Counted from the first letter of the stretch, positions 10,172 to 20,842 are shown. The stretch is 64,000 nucleotides of DNA from Vulcanimicrobiota bacterium (GCA_963714015.1 OY970223.1:2784001-2848000), one strand, 5' to 3'. The notes: generated by a model from the sequence alone, not told the origin. Numbers and translations: made by a program.

Positions 10172-11380
10172 CTAACGCCGTTGCACCGATGCAGCGCCTT
10201 CGGACGGCGTGATTTTGAAGACGAACGTCGAACCGCCCGGCGTCGATATCGAACCCCACACGTTCCCATCGGGGCCGCCAGCGACGGCCGGATAGATCAA
10301 GTACGATTGATCGACGCCGAATCCATAGCCCGCTACGCCGAGAAGCGTACCCGCCGGCGAAATCGAGAGAAATCCATGCGCCGGCACGTCCTGATTGCCT
10401 AATCCGCTCCACGCTCTATCGAAGACGTAGACATTTCCGTCAGGCCCGACTGCAAGCGGAGGAACGAACCACGTGTCTCCACTGACGCAATCGCCGCTGC
10501 ACACGATATTCTGCGGCAAATTCGTGAATGAAACCCCATAGCTGCCTTCGTCGATTGAAACTAATTGCTCCGGGGGTTCCGAAGGAGATACCGCCGTCGA
10601 CCACAAGACGCCGAAAATCTTACTCTCGCCCGCGGCAAAGCCCTGAATTGCGCCGGCCGGATTAGGCGCCGCGTACACTTTGCCGACGACTGGCGAGGCA
10701 GTAGGCATGATCTTGAGAAATCCCGCCGGATTTACCGTAGAAATCAGCAACGCGCCGTCCTTCGGATTGGTGACGATAGCGCTTCCGCCGAAAACGCCAT
10801 GCGATGCCGGAAGTGTCAGGGTTGTCACAACCCTATGCGTCGCCGGTGAAAAGCTAACGAGCGTGCTATCCCCGCGCAAACCAGCGCCGATATACCAAAG
10901 ATTGCCGTCACTGCCCAAAGCGATGGCCAACGCTGCACCATAAGCCGAAGGAATCGGGTAACTGCTGACGTTGCCGTCCGTATCGCTTCGCACCATGAAA
11001 TCGCCGTCGCCGTTGCCCATGGAAAACCAGAGCGCTCCATCCGGACCTGCCACGAGCTGCCCGGACAAAAGACCCTGGCTATTTGGAACGGGATACGCCG
11101 TGTAGTTTCCGCTCGTCGTCAGCTTCGCAAAGGAAAACCCGGCGTAACCGTTCAGAACGAACCACAGATTCCCATCCGGGCCCGAGACCGGTCCGCCGAC
11201 GGCGTACCAATGTCGCGGAAACGGGGTGCTGACCACGGCGCTCAAAGCCGGAACCATCGGCGGCGCCGGCGTGGCCGTGGGAGCCGACGACCGTCCGGCG
11301 GATGGCGTCGAGCCGCCGCCGCAACCAGCGCAAAGCAGCGCAATAAACGCTGCAAGAGACATTAAAACTCGATGTTGCAT
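10172..11380 (-). CDS. Vgb-like beta-propeller lipoprotein
   Basis: Lipobox CAGC, Pro/Thr linker, repeated GPDGNLWF/GSDGNLWY blades. Confidence 0.75.
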   Translation of the reverse strand: MQHRVLMSLAAFIALLCAGCGGGSTPSAGRSSAPTATPAPPMVPALSAVVSTPFPRHWYAVGGPVSGPDGNLWFVLNGYAGFSFAKLTTSGNYTAYPVPNSQGLLSGQLVAGPDGALWFSMGNGDGDFMVRSDTDGNVSSYPIPSAYGAALAIALGSDGNLWYIGAGLRGDSTLVSFSPATHRVVTTLTLPASHGVFGGSAIVTNPKDGALLISTVNPAGFLKIMPTASPVVGKVYAAPNPAGAIQGFAAGESKIFGVLWSTAVSPSEPPEQLVSIDEGSYGVSFTNLPQNIVCSGDCVSGDTWFVPPLAVGPDGNVYVFDRAWSGLGNQDVPAHGFLSISPAGTLLGVAGYGFGVDQSYLIYPAVAGGPDGNVWGSISTPGGSTFVFKITPSEGAASVQRR

Positions 11381-11482
11381 ACACTCCCCGCCGTTTGTGA
11401 AACGGACTTCAACGCAGCGCCGTTGGTCTCCGGTTCACGGCGTGAATAGGGATGAGCAAGCCGTGGATGCGAAAGTTCCCGC

Positions 11483-12088
11483 ATGCCTAAATTGACGCGA
11501 ATCTACACGCGCACCGGCGACGACGGGACCACCGGGCTCGTCGGCGGCGCGCGCGTGAAAAAGAACACGCTGCGCATTGCGAGCTATGGAACCCTTGACG
11601 AACTCTCCAGCCACATCGGCTTGGCGCGGGCCGCGATGCGCGGCCGATCGCAGGACGAGGGCGTTGCGCGGCTCGACGCCTGGCTCGCCTGGACGCAAGA
11701 TGCGCTGTTCAATTTGGGCGCCGAACTGGCAACGCCACACGATAAACGTTGGGAAGCTATGCCTCTGGTCTCGGCCGACGACGCAAAGGTACTCGAACGC
11801 GCTATAGATGAAGCGCAGAGCGATCTGCCGCCGCTTGCGAATTTCATTCATCCCGGCGGATCGACGGCGGGTGCGCATTTACACGTCGCGCGCACGGTGT
11901 GCCGCCGCGCCGAACGCCTGATGATCTCGCTGCGTGATGAAGACCCGGAAATCTCCCTCGATACGGTGCGTTTCGTGAATCGTTTATCCGATGCGCTCTT
12001 CGTTTGGGCTCGTTGGATCAATCACCGGTTCGGCGAACCGGAGCATCTGTGGGACTCGAAATCCTACCCTCCCGACCAGGTTCATTAG
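11483..12088 (+). CDS. pduO: PduO-type ATP:cob(I)alamin adenosyltransferase
   Basis: IYTRTGDDGTT, YGTLDEL, RTVCRRAER, NRLSD. Confidence 0.95.
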   Translation: MPKLTRIYTRTGDDGTTGLVGGARVKKNTLRIASYGTLDELSSHIGLARAAMRGRSQDEGVARLDAWLAWTQDALFNLGAELATPHDKRWEAMPLVSADDAKVLERAIDEAQSDLPPLANFIHPGGSTAGAHLHVARTVCRRAERLMISLRDEDPEISLDTVRFVNRLSDALFVWARWINHRFGEPEHLWDSKSYPPDQVH

Positions 12089-12094
12089 CCAACT

Positions 12095-12655
12095 CTAGTA
12101 CGTCGCGACAGGCGTTTGAATCTGCAGTAGTCCGCTTTGGACGCCGTAGCGAAGCAATGCCGCAACGGTGACCGCGTCGTTGATCTGGCCGGCGGCTGCC
12201 GCTTTCACCGCGACTTCCGCGGGAACGCGGACGAGTTCGATGCTTTCTACGCTCTCGTTTTCGACTTCCACGTGCTCGACGCCATGCGCCAAGAATAACT
12301 CGATCGGCCGATCGATCAAGGAGGGAATCTCATACAGCCGCCCCAGCGGCTGCCAGTGGAGCGCGGTTACGCCGAGCTCTTCGCGCGTTTCGCGCTGAGC
12401 GCATTGTATGGCGTTCTCGCCCTCGTCCGCGCCGCCTTTGACGACCTCCAGCACGTCCGCTTGGGCACCGAAACGCGGTTGACGCGCGAATAGTAAATCA
12501 CTGCCGTCGGCAACGACGACAGCCGAACACGGCGGCGTCACGATCAACAGGTGTTCGCCCTCCACGCCGGTTGGGTGGATTATTTTGTGCGCTTCCACCG
12601 CGAGGTACGGATTGCGGTAGAGTTCGCTTTTGCTCAGGCGCTGGTATCCGGTCAT
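12095..12655 (-). CDS. NUDIX hydrolase (ADP-ribose pyrophosphatase-like)
   Basis: Nudix box GGADEGENAIQCAQRETREELG; start at MTGYQRL. Confidence 0.88.
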   Translation of the reverse strand: MTGYQRLSKSELYRNPYLAVEAHKIIHPTGVEGEHLLIVTPPCSAVVVADGSDLLFARQPRFGAQADVLEVVKGGADEGENAIQCAQRETREELGVTALHWQPLGRLYEIPSLIDRPIELFLAHGVEHVEVENESVESIELVRVPAEVAVKAAAAGQINDAVTVAALLRYGVQSGLLQIQTPVATY

Positions 12656-12710
12656 GACGCGGAAGACTTCGGGTAGGGCGCCCCGCGCTCTTGCGCGAAC
12701 GCCGGGCGGG

Positions 12711-14237
12711 ATGTCCATAGCCGACCGCCTCTTTGCCACGACTAACGTCGACAAGCTCCGAGCGCTTTCCCAGCAAAAGATTCTGCGCCGGGCTTTGACC
12801 GCCAAAGACCTGATCGCCATCGGCCTGGGCACCATGATCGGCGGCGGCATCTTCACCACCATTGGAACCGGCGTAAAAGGCGCCGGTCCTGCGGTCATCG
12901 TCTCGTACTTGCTGGCCGGCGTAACGTCGTTTTTTGCCGCCCTGTGCTATGCGGAGCTCGGCGCGATGGTGCCGATTGCGGGCAGCGCTTACACATACGC
13001 TTACGCGACGCTGGGCAAACTCTTTGCTTGGATCATCGGCTTTGCGCTGATCTTCGAGTACGGCATCAGCGCCGCGCCGGTCGCGCAGCAGTTCTCTGCG
13101 GCAATTCAGGATGTGCTCAAGACGGTCGGCATCGTGCTGCCAGTGTGGGCGCAGCAGTCGAATTTGGTGTTTCACGGCGCGTGGTGGATTCCGACGAACT
13201 GGGACCTAGCACATTCGCAAGGCGATTTCATCGCCTCGCTTTTCGTCATCGGTCTAAGCCTTCTGCTCAGCGTCGGAATCCGTGAAACGGCGACGACGAA
13301 CAACGTTTTCGTCGTGCTTAAAATCTCGGCGCTGCTGGTGTTCATCATTGCCGGCGTTTGGCTCTTTCACGGGGATCACTTTGCGACGTTCTCGCCATAC
13401 GGCTGGGGCGCGCTCAGACCGTTCGGCGGTATGGCGGACTACTCGTCCTCACTGCAGCCGTACGGCATCATCGCGATCGGCGCGTTCGTCTTCTTCAGCT
13501 ATATCGGTTTCGACACCGCCACGACGACTGCCGAGGAATGCAAGAATCCCAAGGTTGACGTTCCCGTCGGCGTCATCGGCGCTCTCGCCATCGGGACAGT
13601 CATTTACTGCGCGACGGCCGTCGTGCTGATTGGCGCCGTGCCATGGAACCAAGTGCCGATCAAAGATCCGCTCGTCTATGCGCTCGCGCCGCTTCACCTG
13701 CCGTTCCTAAGCGCGATCATCACGATCGGCGTTCTTGCCGGAACCACGAGTGTTGCGCTGGCTTCACTGCTCGGGCAAACGCGCATCTTCTACGTGATGG
13801 CGCGCGACAAGATGCTGCCGCCGGCCGTTGCCAAAGTTCACCCGCGGTTTAAAACGCCGGTGATTACGACCATGCTGACGGGAGTCGCCGTAGCCCTTCT
13901 GGCGCTGATCGTCCCGCTGACGCAGTTGCTGAATCTGGTCAACATCGGAACGCTCATCGCGTTCACGGTCGTCTGCGCCGGCGTGTTGTATCTGCGCAAG
14001 CATCGTCCGGAGATTCCCCGCAGCTTCAGGGTGCCGTTCGTTCCGCTCTTTCCGATTTTAGGGATCGTTTTCTCGCTGTTCCTCGCGATCTTCGGACTTT
14101 CGCGCACCACCTGGACATGGTTCGCCATCGCACTGGTGGTGGGTCTCATCTTCTTTTTCTCGTACGGATACCATAAGTCGGACCCCGAGCGAATCGAGCC
14201 GGTGATCGAACCGGAAGCCCTTCAGGAATTTGTTTAG
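12711..14237 (+). CDS. APC family amino acid permease
   Basis: GLGTMIGGGIF, LCYAELGAMVPIAGSAYTY, FFSYIGFD, about 12 TM. Confidence 0.95.
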   Translation: MSIADRLFATTNVDKLRALSQQKILRRALTAKDLIAIGLGTMIGGGIFTTIGTGVKGAGPAVIVSYLLAGVTSFFAALCYAELGAMVPIAGSAYTYAYATLGKLFAWIIGFALIFEYGISAAPVAQQFSAAIQDVLKTVGIVLPVWAQQSNLVFHGAWWIPTNWDLAHSQGDFIASLFVIGLSLLLSVGIRETATTNNVFVVLKISALLVFIIAGVWLFHGDHFATFSPYGWGALRPFGGMADYSSSLQPYGIIAIGAFVFFSYIGFDTATTTAEECKNPKVDVPVGVIGALAIGTVIYCATAVVLIGAVPWNQVPIKDPLVYALAPLHLPFLSAIITIGVLAGTTSVALASLLGQTRIFYVMARDKMLPPAVAKVHPRFKTPVITTMLTGVAVALLALIVPLTQLLNLVNIGTLIAFTVVCAGVLYLRKHRPEIPRSFRVPFVPLFPILGIVFSLFLAIFGLSRTTWTWFAIALVVGLIFFFSYGYHKSDPERIEPVIEPEALQEFV

Positions 14238-14292
14238 GGCTTCGTTCTCCAAACTGAGGCGCCCTCAATTCGGAGAAATGCGGCGATCGCCC

Positions 14293-14531
14293 TTAGCTTT
14301 CGGGACGCTGCCGTTGTTGTGCGAAGATCATGAACGCCAACGCTCCCAGAGTAGGGTCAGCGGCACAGCGAGCCAAAGCCAGCGGGCGGCCGGAGGCGAT
14401 TCATCGCCAAAATGCAGACGCTCCCGCGCGCAGTGGTCGTGCTGCGGATCGCCTTCGACGAAAATATTCCGGTGTTTGGGGCAATGCCCGTTCAGGCAGG
14501 TGTAGTATACGGTCGTCGTTGCTTGCTCCAT
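14293..14531 (-). CDS. Small Cys/His-rich protein with C-terminal TM helix (probable frameshift near 14350)
   Basis: CLNGHCPKH...HDHC; alternate frame continues LGALAFMIFAQQRQRPES* completing a hydrophobic helix; 19 bp after upstream stop. Confidence 0.5.
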
Positions 14532-14549
14532 GCAACGACTGTACCCGCG

Positions 14550-15023
14550 TTACTGAGCTTCGAACTGGGCAGGCGATGCTTCCGAGACGCCGGGCGTATT
14601 GACGTCAACCCGCGCCGTAAGTTTGTCGAAGCGCACACGCACGCCGAAGACCTGCTGCACCGAATGCAGGCTCACCATCACACGGCCGCGCACGCGGAAG
14701 GGCGCGTGCTTTAGCGTCACCGGCATGCCGTTGAGCTTGGCGTGCGTCGAGCCGACGTGGAAGCGAACGACCTGATCGCCGCGCGTCACGATGACGTCAC
14801 CGGACTTGCGCTCGTAATGCGTCTCGGCGCCGAGCGCATCGCCCACGGGGCGCAGCGGGACGAAGACGCCTTTTGACGTGGAAACCGGGGGAACGTCGCT
14901 AAGAACCGGCTGCCCGTCCACTCGGACCTCGACCGGCTTGGAATAGCTGAACGCCAGCGACCCCAGCAGCGCCAGGACCGTGGTGGCGATGAACGTCGCC
15001 CTAGACGGCGGTTGATATCTCAT
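14550..15023 (-). CDS. Copper amine oxidase N-terminal (stalk) domain exported protein
   Basis: Signal peptide; VFVPLRPVGDALGA and GRVMVSL..VQQVFG repeats. Confidence 0.8.
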   Translation of the reverse strand: MRYQPPSRATFIATTVLALLGSLAFSYSKPVEVRVDGQPVLSDVPPVSTSKGVFVPLRPVGDALGAETHYERKSGDVIVTRGDQVVRFHVGSTHAKLNGMPVTLKHAPFRVRGRVMVSLHSVQQVFGVRVRFDKLTARVDVNTPGVSEASPAQFEAQ

Positions 15024-16143
15024 GAACGTAGTCGGGATATTTTTCGGCAATCACTTTTTCGATCTCCAGCCGCAGGGCACCCAGAAGCTGCTCCTCGGGG
15101 AACGTTCCTACGAGCTCGCCAGCGCGGTAGATGGCTCCTTTGCCCTTCCCACCGGCAACACCGACGTCGGCCATCTTGGACTCGCCCGGACCGTTTACCA
15201 CACATCCCATCACGGCAACCTTGACGGGGGCTGAGTACTCTTTGGCAATTGCTTCCACGCTGCGCCCCAGCTCCAGGACGCTGATCTCGGCGCGGCCGCA
15301 CGAGGGACACGCGGTAATCTCAAAGCCCTTCTCGCGCAGGCCGAGCGACTTGAGAATCGACCAGCAGACCGGGACTTCTTCGATGGGGTCGGCCGCGAGC
15401 GAGACGCGGATGGTATCGCCGATGCCTTCCCACAGCAGCAGGCCCAGGCCGATGGACGATTTAATCGTGCCGTCCCGAAGCAGGCCCGCCTCCGTGATGC
15501 CCAAGTGCAACGCATACGGCGTCTCACGGTCGCGCAAGCGCTTGTCCATCAGCCGGTACGCGGCGACGGTCGTGCGCACGTCGTGCGCTTTCAACGAGAT
15601 GATGATATCGGTGTGATTCAAACCCTCGAGAATCTCGACATGGCGCATCGCCGACTCGACCATCGCCTCGGGCGTATGGCCCAGCGTTTTTTCAAGATCC
15701 GGCGCAAGGGAACCCATGTTCACCCCGATGCGAATCGGAATGCTCTTGGCCTTTGCCGCTTCGACGACTTCAGCGGTCTTTTTCGGATCGCGGATGTTTC
15801 CCGGGTTCAAGCGCAGCTTGGCAACGCCGGCTTCGATAGCCGCCAGCGCCATGCGATGATCGAAATGAATGTCGGCCACGATCGGCACCGGTGAGCGGTA
15901 CACGATCGCCGGCATTGCCGCCGCATCCGGCGGATCCTTGACCGTGACGCGCACGACTTCGGCGCCTTCCATCGCGAGCCCGTAGATTTGCGCCAGCGTC
16001 GCATCGGCGTCCGCAGTGTCCGTCGTCGTCATCGTCTGCACGACGACCGGATGATCGCCGCCGATCCAAACGCCCTTTGCGTCGGCCTTTCCCGTCTTAT
16101 TTTGCAGAAAAACGGGTTTGCTTTTCCTACGCAGGCTTATCAA
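15001..16143 (-). CDS. ispG: 4-hydroxy-3-methylbut-2-en-1-yl diphosphate synthase
   Basis: VQTMTTT, ADIHF, RLNPGN, HLGITEAG, GDTIRVSL, CPSCGR, MGCVVNGPGE; TTG start inferred. Confidence 0.97.
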   Translation of the reverse strand: MISLRRKSKPVFLQNKTGKADAKGVWIGGDHPVVVQTMTTTDTADADATLAQIYGLAMEGAEVVRVTVKDPPDAAAMPAIVYRSPVPIVADIHFDHRMALAAIEAGVAKLRLNPGNIRDPKKTAEVVEAAKAKSIPIRIGVNMGSLAPDLEKTLGHTPEAMVESAMRHVEILEGLNHTDIIISLKAHDVRTTVAAYRLMDKRLRDRETPYALHLGITEAGLLRDGTIKSSIGLGLLLWEGIGDTIRVSLAADPIEEVPVCWSILKSLGLREKGFEITACPSCGRAEISVLELGRSVEAIAKEYSAPVKVAVMGCVVNGPGESKMADVGVAGGKGKGAIYRAGELVGTFPEEQLLGALRLEIEKVIAEKYPDYVHEISTAV

Positions 16144-17288
16144 AAGGGCCCCTTTCCTTCGACGATCTGGACGACGTTGTTCAGATTGATCACGAGCATT
16201 AAAGCAATCAGCACGGCAAAGCCGGTAACGTGCACCCAGGCTTCTTTCTCCGGATCGACGGGTTTTCCGCGTATGAGTTCGGCGATAATGAATGCTGCAC
16301 GTCCGCCGTCGAGCGCCGGAATCGGCAGCAGGTTGAAGATGCCCAGCGCGAACGAAATCAGCGCCGCAAACTGCAGGTAATAACCCCAGCCCCAATCCTG
16401 CAGCGTGATCGCCGCCTGACCCAGACCAACCACGCCCGAGAGCTGCCCGCCGTATTTGGCCGGGTGGCTGAAAATCATGGCAAGTTGCCCGAGCGTGCTC
16501 TCCGCGATCCCCGCGAATCCCGCGGCGCTGAGCTTGACCGCTTGCACGAACGGAACGTGTTTGTATTGGGCGACGGGAATGAATCCGATGCAGCCTTCGT
16601 TGCGCTGCGGCGCCGGACAGGCCCCCGGCGTAACCTTGATCCGGTGCGAAATGCCGCCGCGCAGGAAATCGATCGTCAGCCGTTTGCCCCGCGAATGATG
16701 AATGAAGTCGACGAGTTCGGTGCCGCCACTTACGGGCTTGCCGTCGATGGCGACGATCCTATCGTCGAGCTTCAATCCGGCGTGCGAGGCCGGTGAATTT
16801 GGTTCGATGTAACTGATGAGCGGTTGCGGTTGATCGCTCGCAACGCCGAACGCCAGCGCGCTCACGAGCAGAATGACGAAGGTCAAGATGAAGTTGGCGA
16901 TCGGTCCCGCGAGGACGATTGCCAGACGCGGCCATGCGCCTTTGGCCTGAAAGTTGTCCTCGTCGTATTCACGCCCGTTAACCGTTACGACGGAGCGGTA
17001 CTCACGCTGCTGCTCGGCCTCGGAAACCTTGTTGTCCTCGCCGTGCATCGCGCAGTAGCCGCCGATGGGCAGCAGCCGGAGCGAATACAGTGTGCCGCTG
17101 CGTTTGCTGCGCCGCCCGAAAAGCAGGGGACCCATGCCGACGGCAAACTCCAGCACGCGCACCTTGTTCAACCGCGCCAGCAGAAAATGTCCGTATTCGT
17201 GCAACACGACGAGCACGGACAACATCACCAGAAAGAGCAGAACCTTCCAGACGTTCGCGATGGCTATGACTGCCAGAAATGGGACCAC
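16140..17288 (-). CDS. rseP: RIP/M50 intramembrane zinc metalloprotease with PDZ domain
   Basis: HEYGH, AGPIAN, NLLPIPALDGG; conserved position after dxr. Confidence 0.95.
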   Translation of the reverse strand: MVPFLAVIAIANVWKVLLFLVMLSVLVVLHEYGHFLLARLNKVRVLEFAVGMGPLLFGRRSKRSGTLYSLRLLPIGGYCAMHGEDNKVSEAEQQREYRSVVTVNGREYDEDNFQAKGAWPRLAIVLAGPIANFILTFVILLVSALAFGVASDQPQPLISYIEPNSPASHAGLKLDDRIVAIDGKPVSGGTELVDFIHHSRGKRLTIDFLRGGISHRIKVTPGACPAPQRNEGCIGFIPVAQYKHVPFVQAVKLSAAGFAGIAESTLGQLAMIFSHPAKYGGQLSGVVGLGQAAITLQDWGWGYYLQFAALISFALGIFNLLPIPALDGGRAAFIIAELIRGKPVDPEKEAWVHVTGFAVLIALMLVINLNNVVQIVEGKGPF

Positions 17289-18441
17289 TTACACCTCAAT
17301 GCTGCGGGAAAGCCGGCTTATCACTTCACGCGCATCCTCGCGCGCTTGGCGGTCCGCTCGCCGAACCCCGCCCAGACTGAGTTCCTCGCGGGTACTGCGC
17401 GACATCGCGTACTCGATGACCGCCGGCACTCCGCCGAAACGTATCTCTCCATCTACAAACGCTGCCACGGCAACCTCGTTTGCGGCTGAGAGAACCGCCG
17501 GCATCGTGCCGCCCGCCCGGAGGGCTTCGTAAGCAAGCTCGACGCAAGGAAACCGTTCGGGGTCGGGCCGCTCGAAGTCGTACCGGATCGCCTTCGCTTC
17601 CGAATGAGCCCCCACGGCGACGAGGGGGTCCGCCATTGCCTCCGGTCCCGCCGGTGTCGCCGGCAGCCGATCCGGATATGCCAAAGCATATCCGATGGGC
17701 AGCCGCATATCGGGCGCCGCGGCTTGAATCTTTACACTCCCGTCGGTGAAGACGACCAGACCATGTGCGATTGACTGCGGATGGACCAGAATCCGCACCC
17801 GATCCGCGGGCATCGAGAACAGCCGGCTGGCTTCGATGACTTCCAAGCCTTTGTTCATCATACTGGCGGAATCCACCGTGTTCTTGATACCCATCCGCCA
17901 GGTCGGATGCGCGAGCGCAGCATCGAGCGAAGCGTCGTCGATCTCACGTTTGGTCTTGCGCCAAAACGGTCCGCCGGACGCCGTGAGAATAATCGAAGCG
18001 ACGCGGTCCGGCCGCTCGCCAATCAAACATTGAAAGACGGCCGAGTGCTCGGAGTCCACCGGTAAAACGAGCGAACCGCTGCGCGCAGCAGCGGCAAGCA
18101 GCAGCTCACCCGCGGCGACGATCAGCTCTTTTGTTTGCCACGGCAATATTCGTGCCGCGTTCCACGGCGGCGAAGATTGCATCGAACGACACAAAGCCGT
18201 CCGTTGCAGCTAGGACGACGTCCGGTTTCGAGTCGACGGCAACGCGAAGCAGCCCTTGAGGTCCATCGGCGGCGTCGGCAATAACGGGAACGCCGAATCG
18301 CTGCGCCTGCTCGCGCAAACGCTCGACTTGTCTGCCGGCGGCCAAGCCGACGACTTCAAAACGATCGGGATGGCGCGCGATAACGTCGAGCGCCTGCGTT
18401 CCGATGGAACCGGTGCTGCCGAGAATCGCCACGCGCTTCAC
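17289..18441 (-). CDS. dxr: 1-deoxy-D-xylulose-5-phosphate reductoisomerase; +1 frameshift in T-run near 18130
   Basis: ILGSTGSIGTQAL, ANK/E junction broken, PVDSEH, LTASGGPF, HPTWRMG, NKGLEVIEA. Confidence 0.93.
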
Positions 18442-19283
18442 GTCGGAAATCCCAAGAGTCCAATGACATGCAGCAAACCAAAAAACGCCATGCCGCCAAA
18501 GAGATAAGAGTCGAAGCGGTCCAAGACGCCCCCGTGGCCTTGGATGACCGTGCCGGTGTCTTTTACGCCCGCGTCGCGCTTCAAAGCCGATTCCGCTAAG
18601 TCGCCGGCTTGCGCTGCCAAACATGTCACTGCGCCGAGCGCCGCACCCTGCCACCAACTGATGCCCAGTTGCGGAATCGAGGCGGCAGCCGCACCGATCG
18701 CGGCCACGACGAAGAATGCCGAAAGCGAGCCTTCAATCGTCTTCTTCGGCGAGATCTTCGTAAGCTGGTGTCTTCCGTAAACCGATCCGGTGAGCATAGC
18801 GGAGATGTCCGTCATCGCAATGAGCACGATTACGAAGAGCGTCCAATACATTCCGAATAGCGGCACGTCACGGATCAGCACGAAGTACGTGAGCAGTTTG
18901 CCGATGTAGAGCACTGCAAGCAGCGTGTAAGCCGTCCGCGCGAAGTAGCCTTTCTGCTCCCCGTACATGCCGAGCCAGAACGCAGCGAAAACGATGCCGG
19001 CGAGCAGTACGCCTTCCCATTTTGGCAGCAGATGGAAGATTGCAAGAAAGACGTAGGCCAGAACGCCCACCGCGGCGACTTGATACTCCAGCGGCTGACC
19101 TTTGATGTCGCATAGGCGCGAGAGCTCGTAGAGCATCACGCTTCCCACGATGATCAGCAGCGCGTAGAAGCCGGGCGCCCAAAGCACGCAGCTCAGCCCG
19201 ACCGCGGCAAGCGCCAGACCGGCGAGGACCCGCCGCATCGTGATGGGGCTCGCCGGCGCAGCGAGGGCCGGCGACGCCGTCAC
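18438..19283 (-). CDS. cdsA: Phosphatidate cytidylyltransferase
   Basis: ISPKKTIEG, GDLAESALKRDAGVKD, GHGGVLDRFDS; GTG start at 19283. Confidence 0.93.
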   Translation of the reverse strand: MTASPALAAPASPITMRRVLAGLALAAVGLSCVLWAPGFYALLIIVGSVMLYELSRLCDIKGQPLEYQVAAVGVLAYVFLAIFHLLPKWEGVLLAGIVFAAFWLGMYGEQKGYFARTAYTLLAVLYIGKLLTYFVLIRDVPLFGMYWTLFVIVLIAMTDISAMLTGSVYGRHQLTKISPKKTIEGSLSAFFVVAAIGAAAASIPQLGISWWQGAALGAVTCLAAQAGDLAESALKRDAGVKDTGTVIQGHGGVLDRFDSYLFGGMAFFGLLHVIGLLGFPT

Positions 19284-20030
19284 TAAGCGCCCCCGAAGCG
19301 TCGCTGCCGTTTTTGAAATTCTATCAGCGCCCGTACGAATTCGTCCTTGCCGAAATCCGGCCAATACACCTCGCTCATAACGAGTCTCCGTATATGCGAC
19401 CTGGTAGAGAAGGAAATTAGACAGGCGGTGTTCGCCGCCTGGTCTGATGAGGATGTCGGGGTCCGGCAGGTTCCCCGTGTCCAGATAGGACGCTATCAGT
19501 TCTTCGTCGATCGCGCCGGGTGCCAGGCGCCCCGTAGCAACGTTCTGCGCAATTTGCGCCACGGCGCGCTGCAGTTCCGATCGCGCGCTGTAATTCACCG
19601 CCAGGTTCAGCAGCAATCCGCTGTTGGAAGCCGTGCGCCGCATCAGGTCCTCGAGCGCTTCGCGGGAGGCCGGCGGGAGCGCCCGATAGGCGCCGATCAC
19701 GTTCACTCGCACGTCGTTGCGGCAGAGCTCGGCCAGCTCGTTCTGTGCGAAGTATACGCACAGATCGAGCAGCAGTGAAATCTCGGTGGAGTCGCGACGC
19801 CAATTCTCGGTCGAGAATCCATACACGGTCAGAATGCCGATGCCTAAGTCGCTGCAGGCACGGGTGATTTCGCGCAGCGCGATCATGCCCCGGCGATGGC
19901 CTTCTATCGCAGGAAGCGCGCGCTTTTTCGCCCAGCGCCGATTGCCATCCATGATGATGGCGACGTGTCGCGGAAGGTTCGCTGAATCGAGTTCCGCCGC
20001 CAGTGACGGAATGACGCCGGTTATTGTCAT
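19283..20030 (-). CDS. uppS: Undecaprenyl diphosphate synthase; +1 frameshift near 19385
   Basis: HVAIIMDGNRRWA, GFSTENW, RLSNFLLYQ; conserved tail YWPDF..QKRQRRFGG* is in the adjacent frame. Confidence 0.93.
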
Positions 20031-20276
20031 TGCCTTAGTATGCGCCTGAGGAAACGGCAGGGGCTCGTACGCCTCATACCCGCAAACGAGCTCGACCAAC
20101 GCTTCGTCCTGCGGCGGGGCGTCTCCGGCATTGACCGGCCGAGCTCGAAGAACGCGCAGCGTACCTCGGCCTGCGTATGCGCCGAGCGGCGCGAGGACGG
20201 AGAATTCGACGCATCGTCCTGCGAGGGCTTTACGAGCGTCGACTTCCGGCATAAGCGTGAGATATTCCAGGGACAT
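20031..20276 (-). CDS. Small hypothetical protein between frr and uppS (reads in frame into uppS here)
   Basis: 82 codons MSLEYL...VELVCGYEAYEPL starting 8 bp after frr stop. Confidence 0.45.
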
Positions 20277-20284
20277 AATGGAGG

Positions 20285-20842
20285 CTACACCTCCATGATT
20301 TCTTTTTCTTTGCTCGCGATCAGCTGATCGATTTCTTTGACGAACTTGTCCGTGAGCTTTTGCAGCTGATCCTGAAAGCGCTTGTTCTCGTCCTCGGTAA
20401 TCTTGTGGTCTTTGAGCTGCGTCTTCAGATCGTCGTGAATCTTGTGGCGCACGTTGCGCACGGCGACCTTGCCGTCTTCGCCTTTTTTCTTGACGAGCTT
20501 GACCAGGTCTTTGCGGCGTTCTTCGTTCAGCGGCGGAATGACGAGCCGGATCTGCGTGCCGTCGATGTTCGGCGTCAGACCCAGGTCGCTCTTTTCGATC
20601 GCCTTTCGGATCTCGCCGACGGTGTTGCGATCGAAGGCGGCAATCAACAAGGATCGCGCGTCTGGAACGCTGACTGTCGCGACTTGCTTGAGCGGCACGG
20701 CGGAACCGTAAGCCTCGACGTGCAGCCGGTCGAGCAAAGCCGGTGAAGCGCGTCCCGTCCGGATTGAGGCGAACTCGCCGCGCGTGGCCTCGACCGCCTT
20801 GTTCATCCTGCTTTCGGCGTCTTTGATGTTGTCGGTTGCCAT
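20285..20842 (-). CDS. frr: Ribosome recycling factor
   Basis: IRTGRASP, SDLGLTP, PPLNEERRK, KEKEIMEV. Confidence 0.98.
   Translation of the reverse strand: MATDNIKDAESRMNKAVEATRGEFASIRTGRASPALLDRLHVEAYGSAVPLKQVATVSVPDARSLLIAAFDRNTVGEIRKAIEKSDLGLTPNIDGTQIRLVIPPLNEERRKDLVKLVKKKGEDGKVAVRNVRHKIHDDLKTQLKDHKITEDENKRFQDQLQKLTDKFVKEIDQLIASKEKEIMEV

Noticed and set aside
10134..10412. N-terminal extension of ProRS
   Set aside because: Overlaps the Vgb-like gene in another frame; homology begins after MAEEPQ
14247..14282. Imperfect hairpin after the amino acid permease as an ncRNA
   Set aside because: Short, between convergent genes, most simply a termination/stability hairpin
18438..20276. 612-aa UppS-CdsA fusion in the ORF track
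   Set aside because: Created by a +1 indel near 19385; the conserved UppS tail and its own stop lie in the adjacent frame
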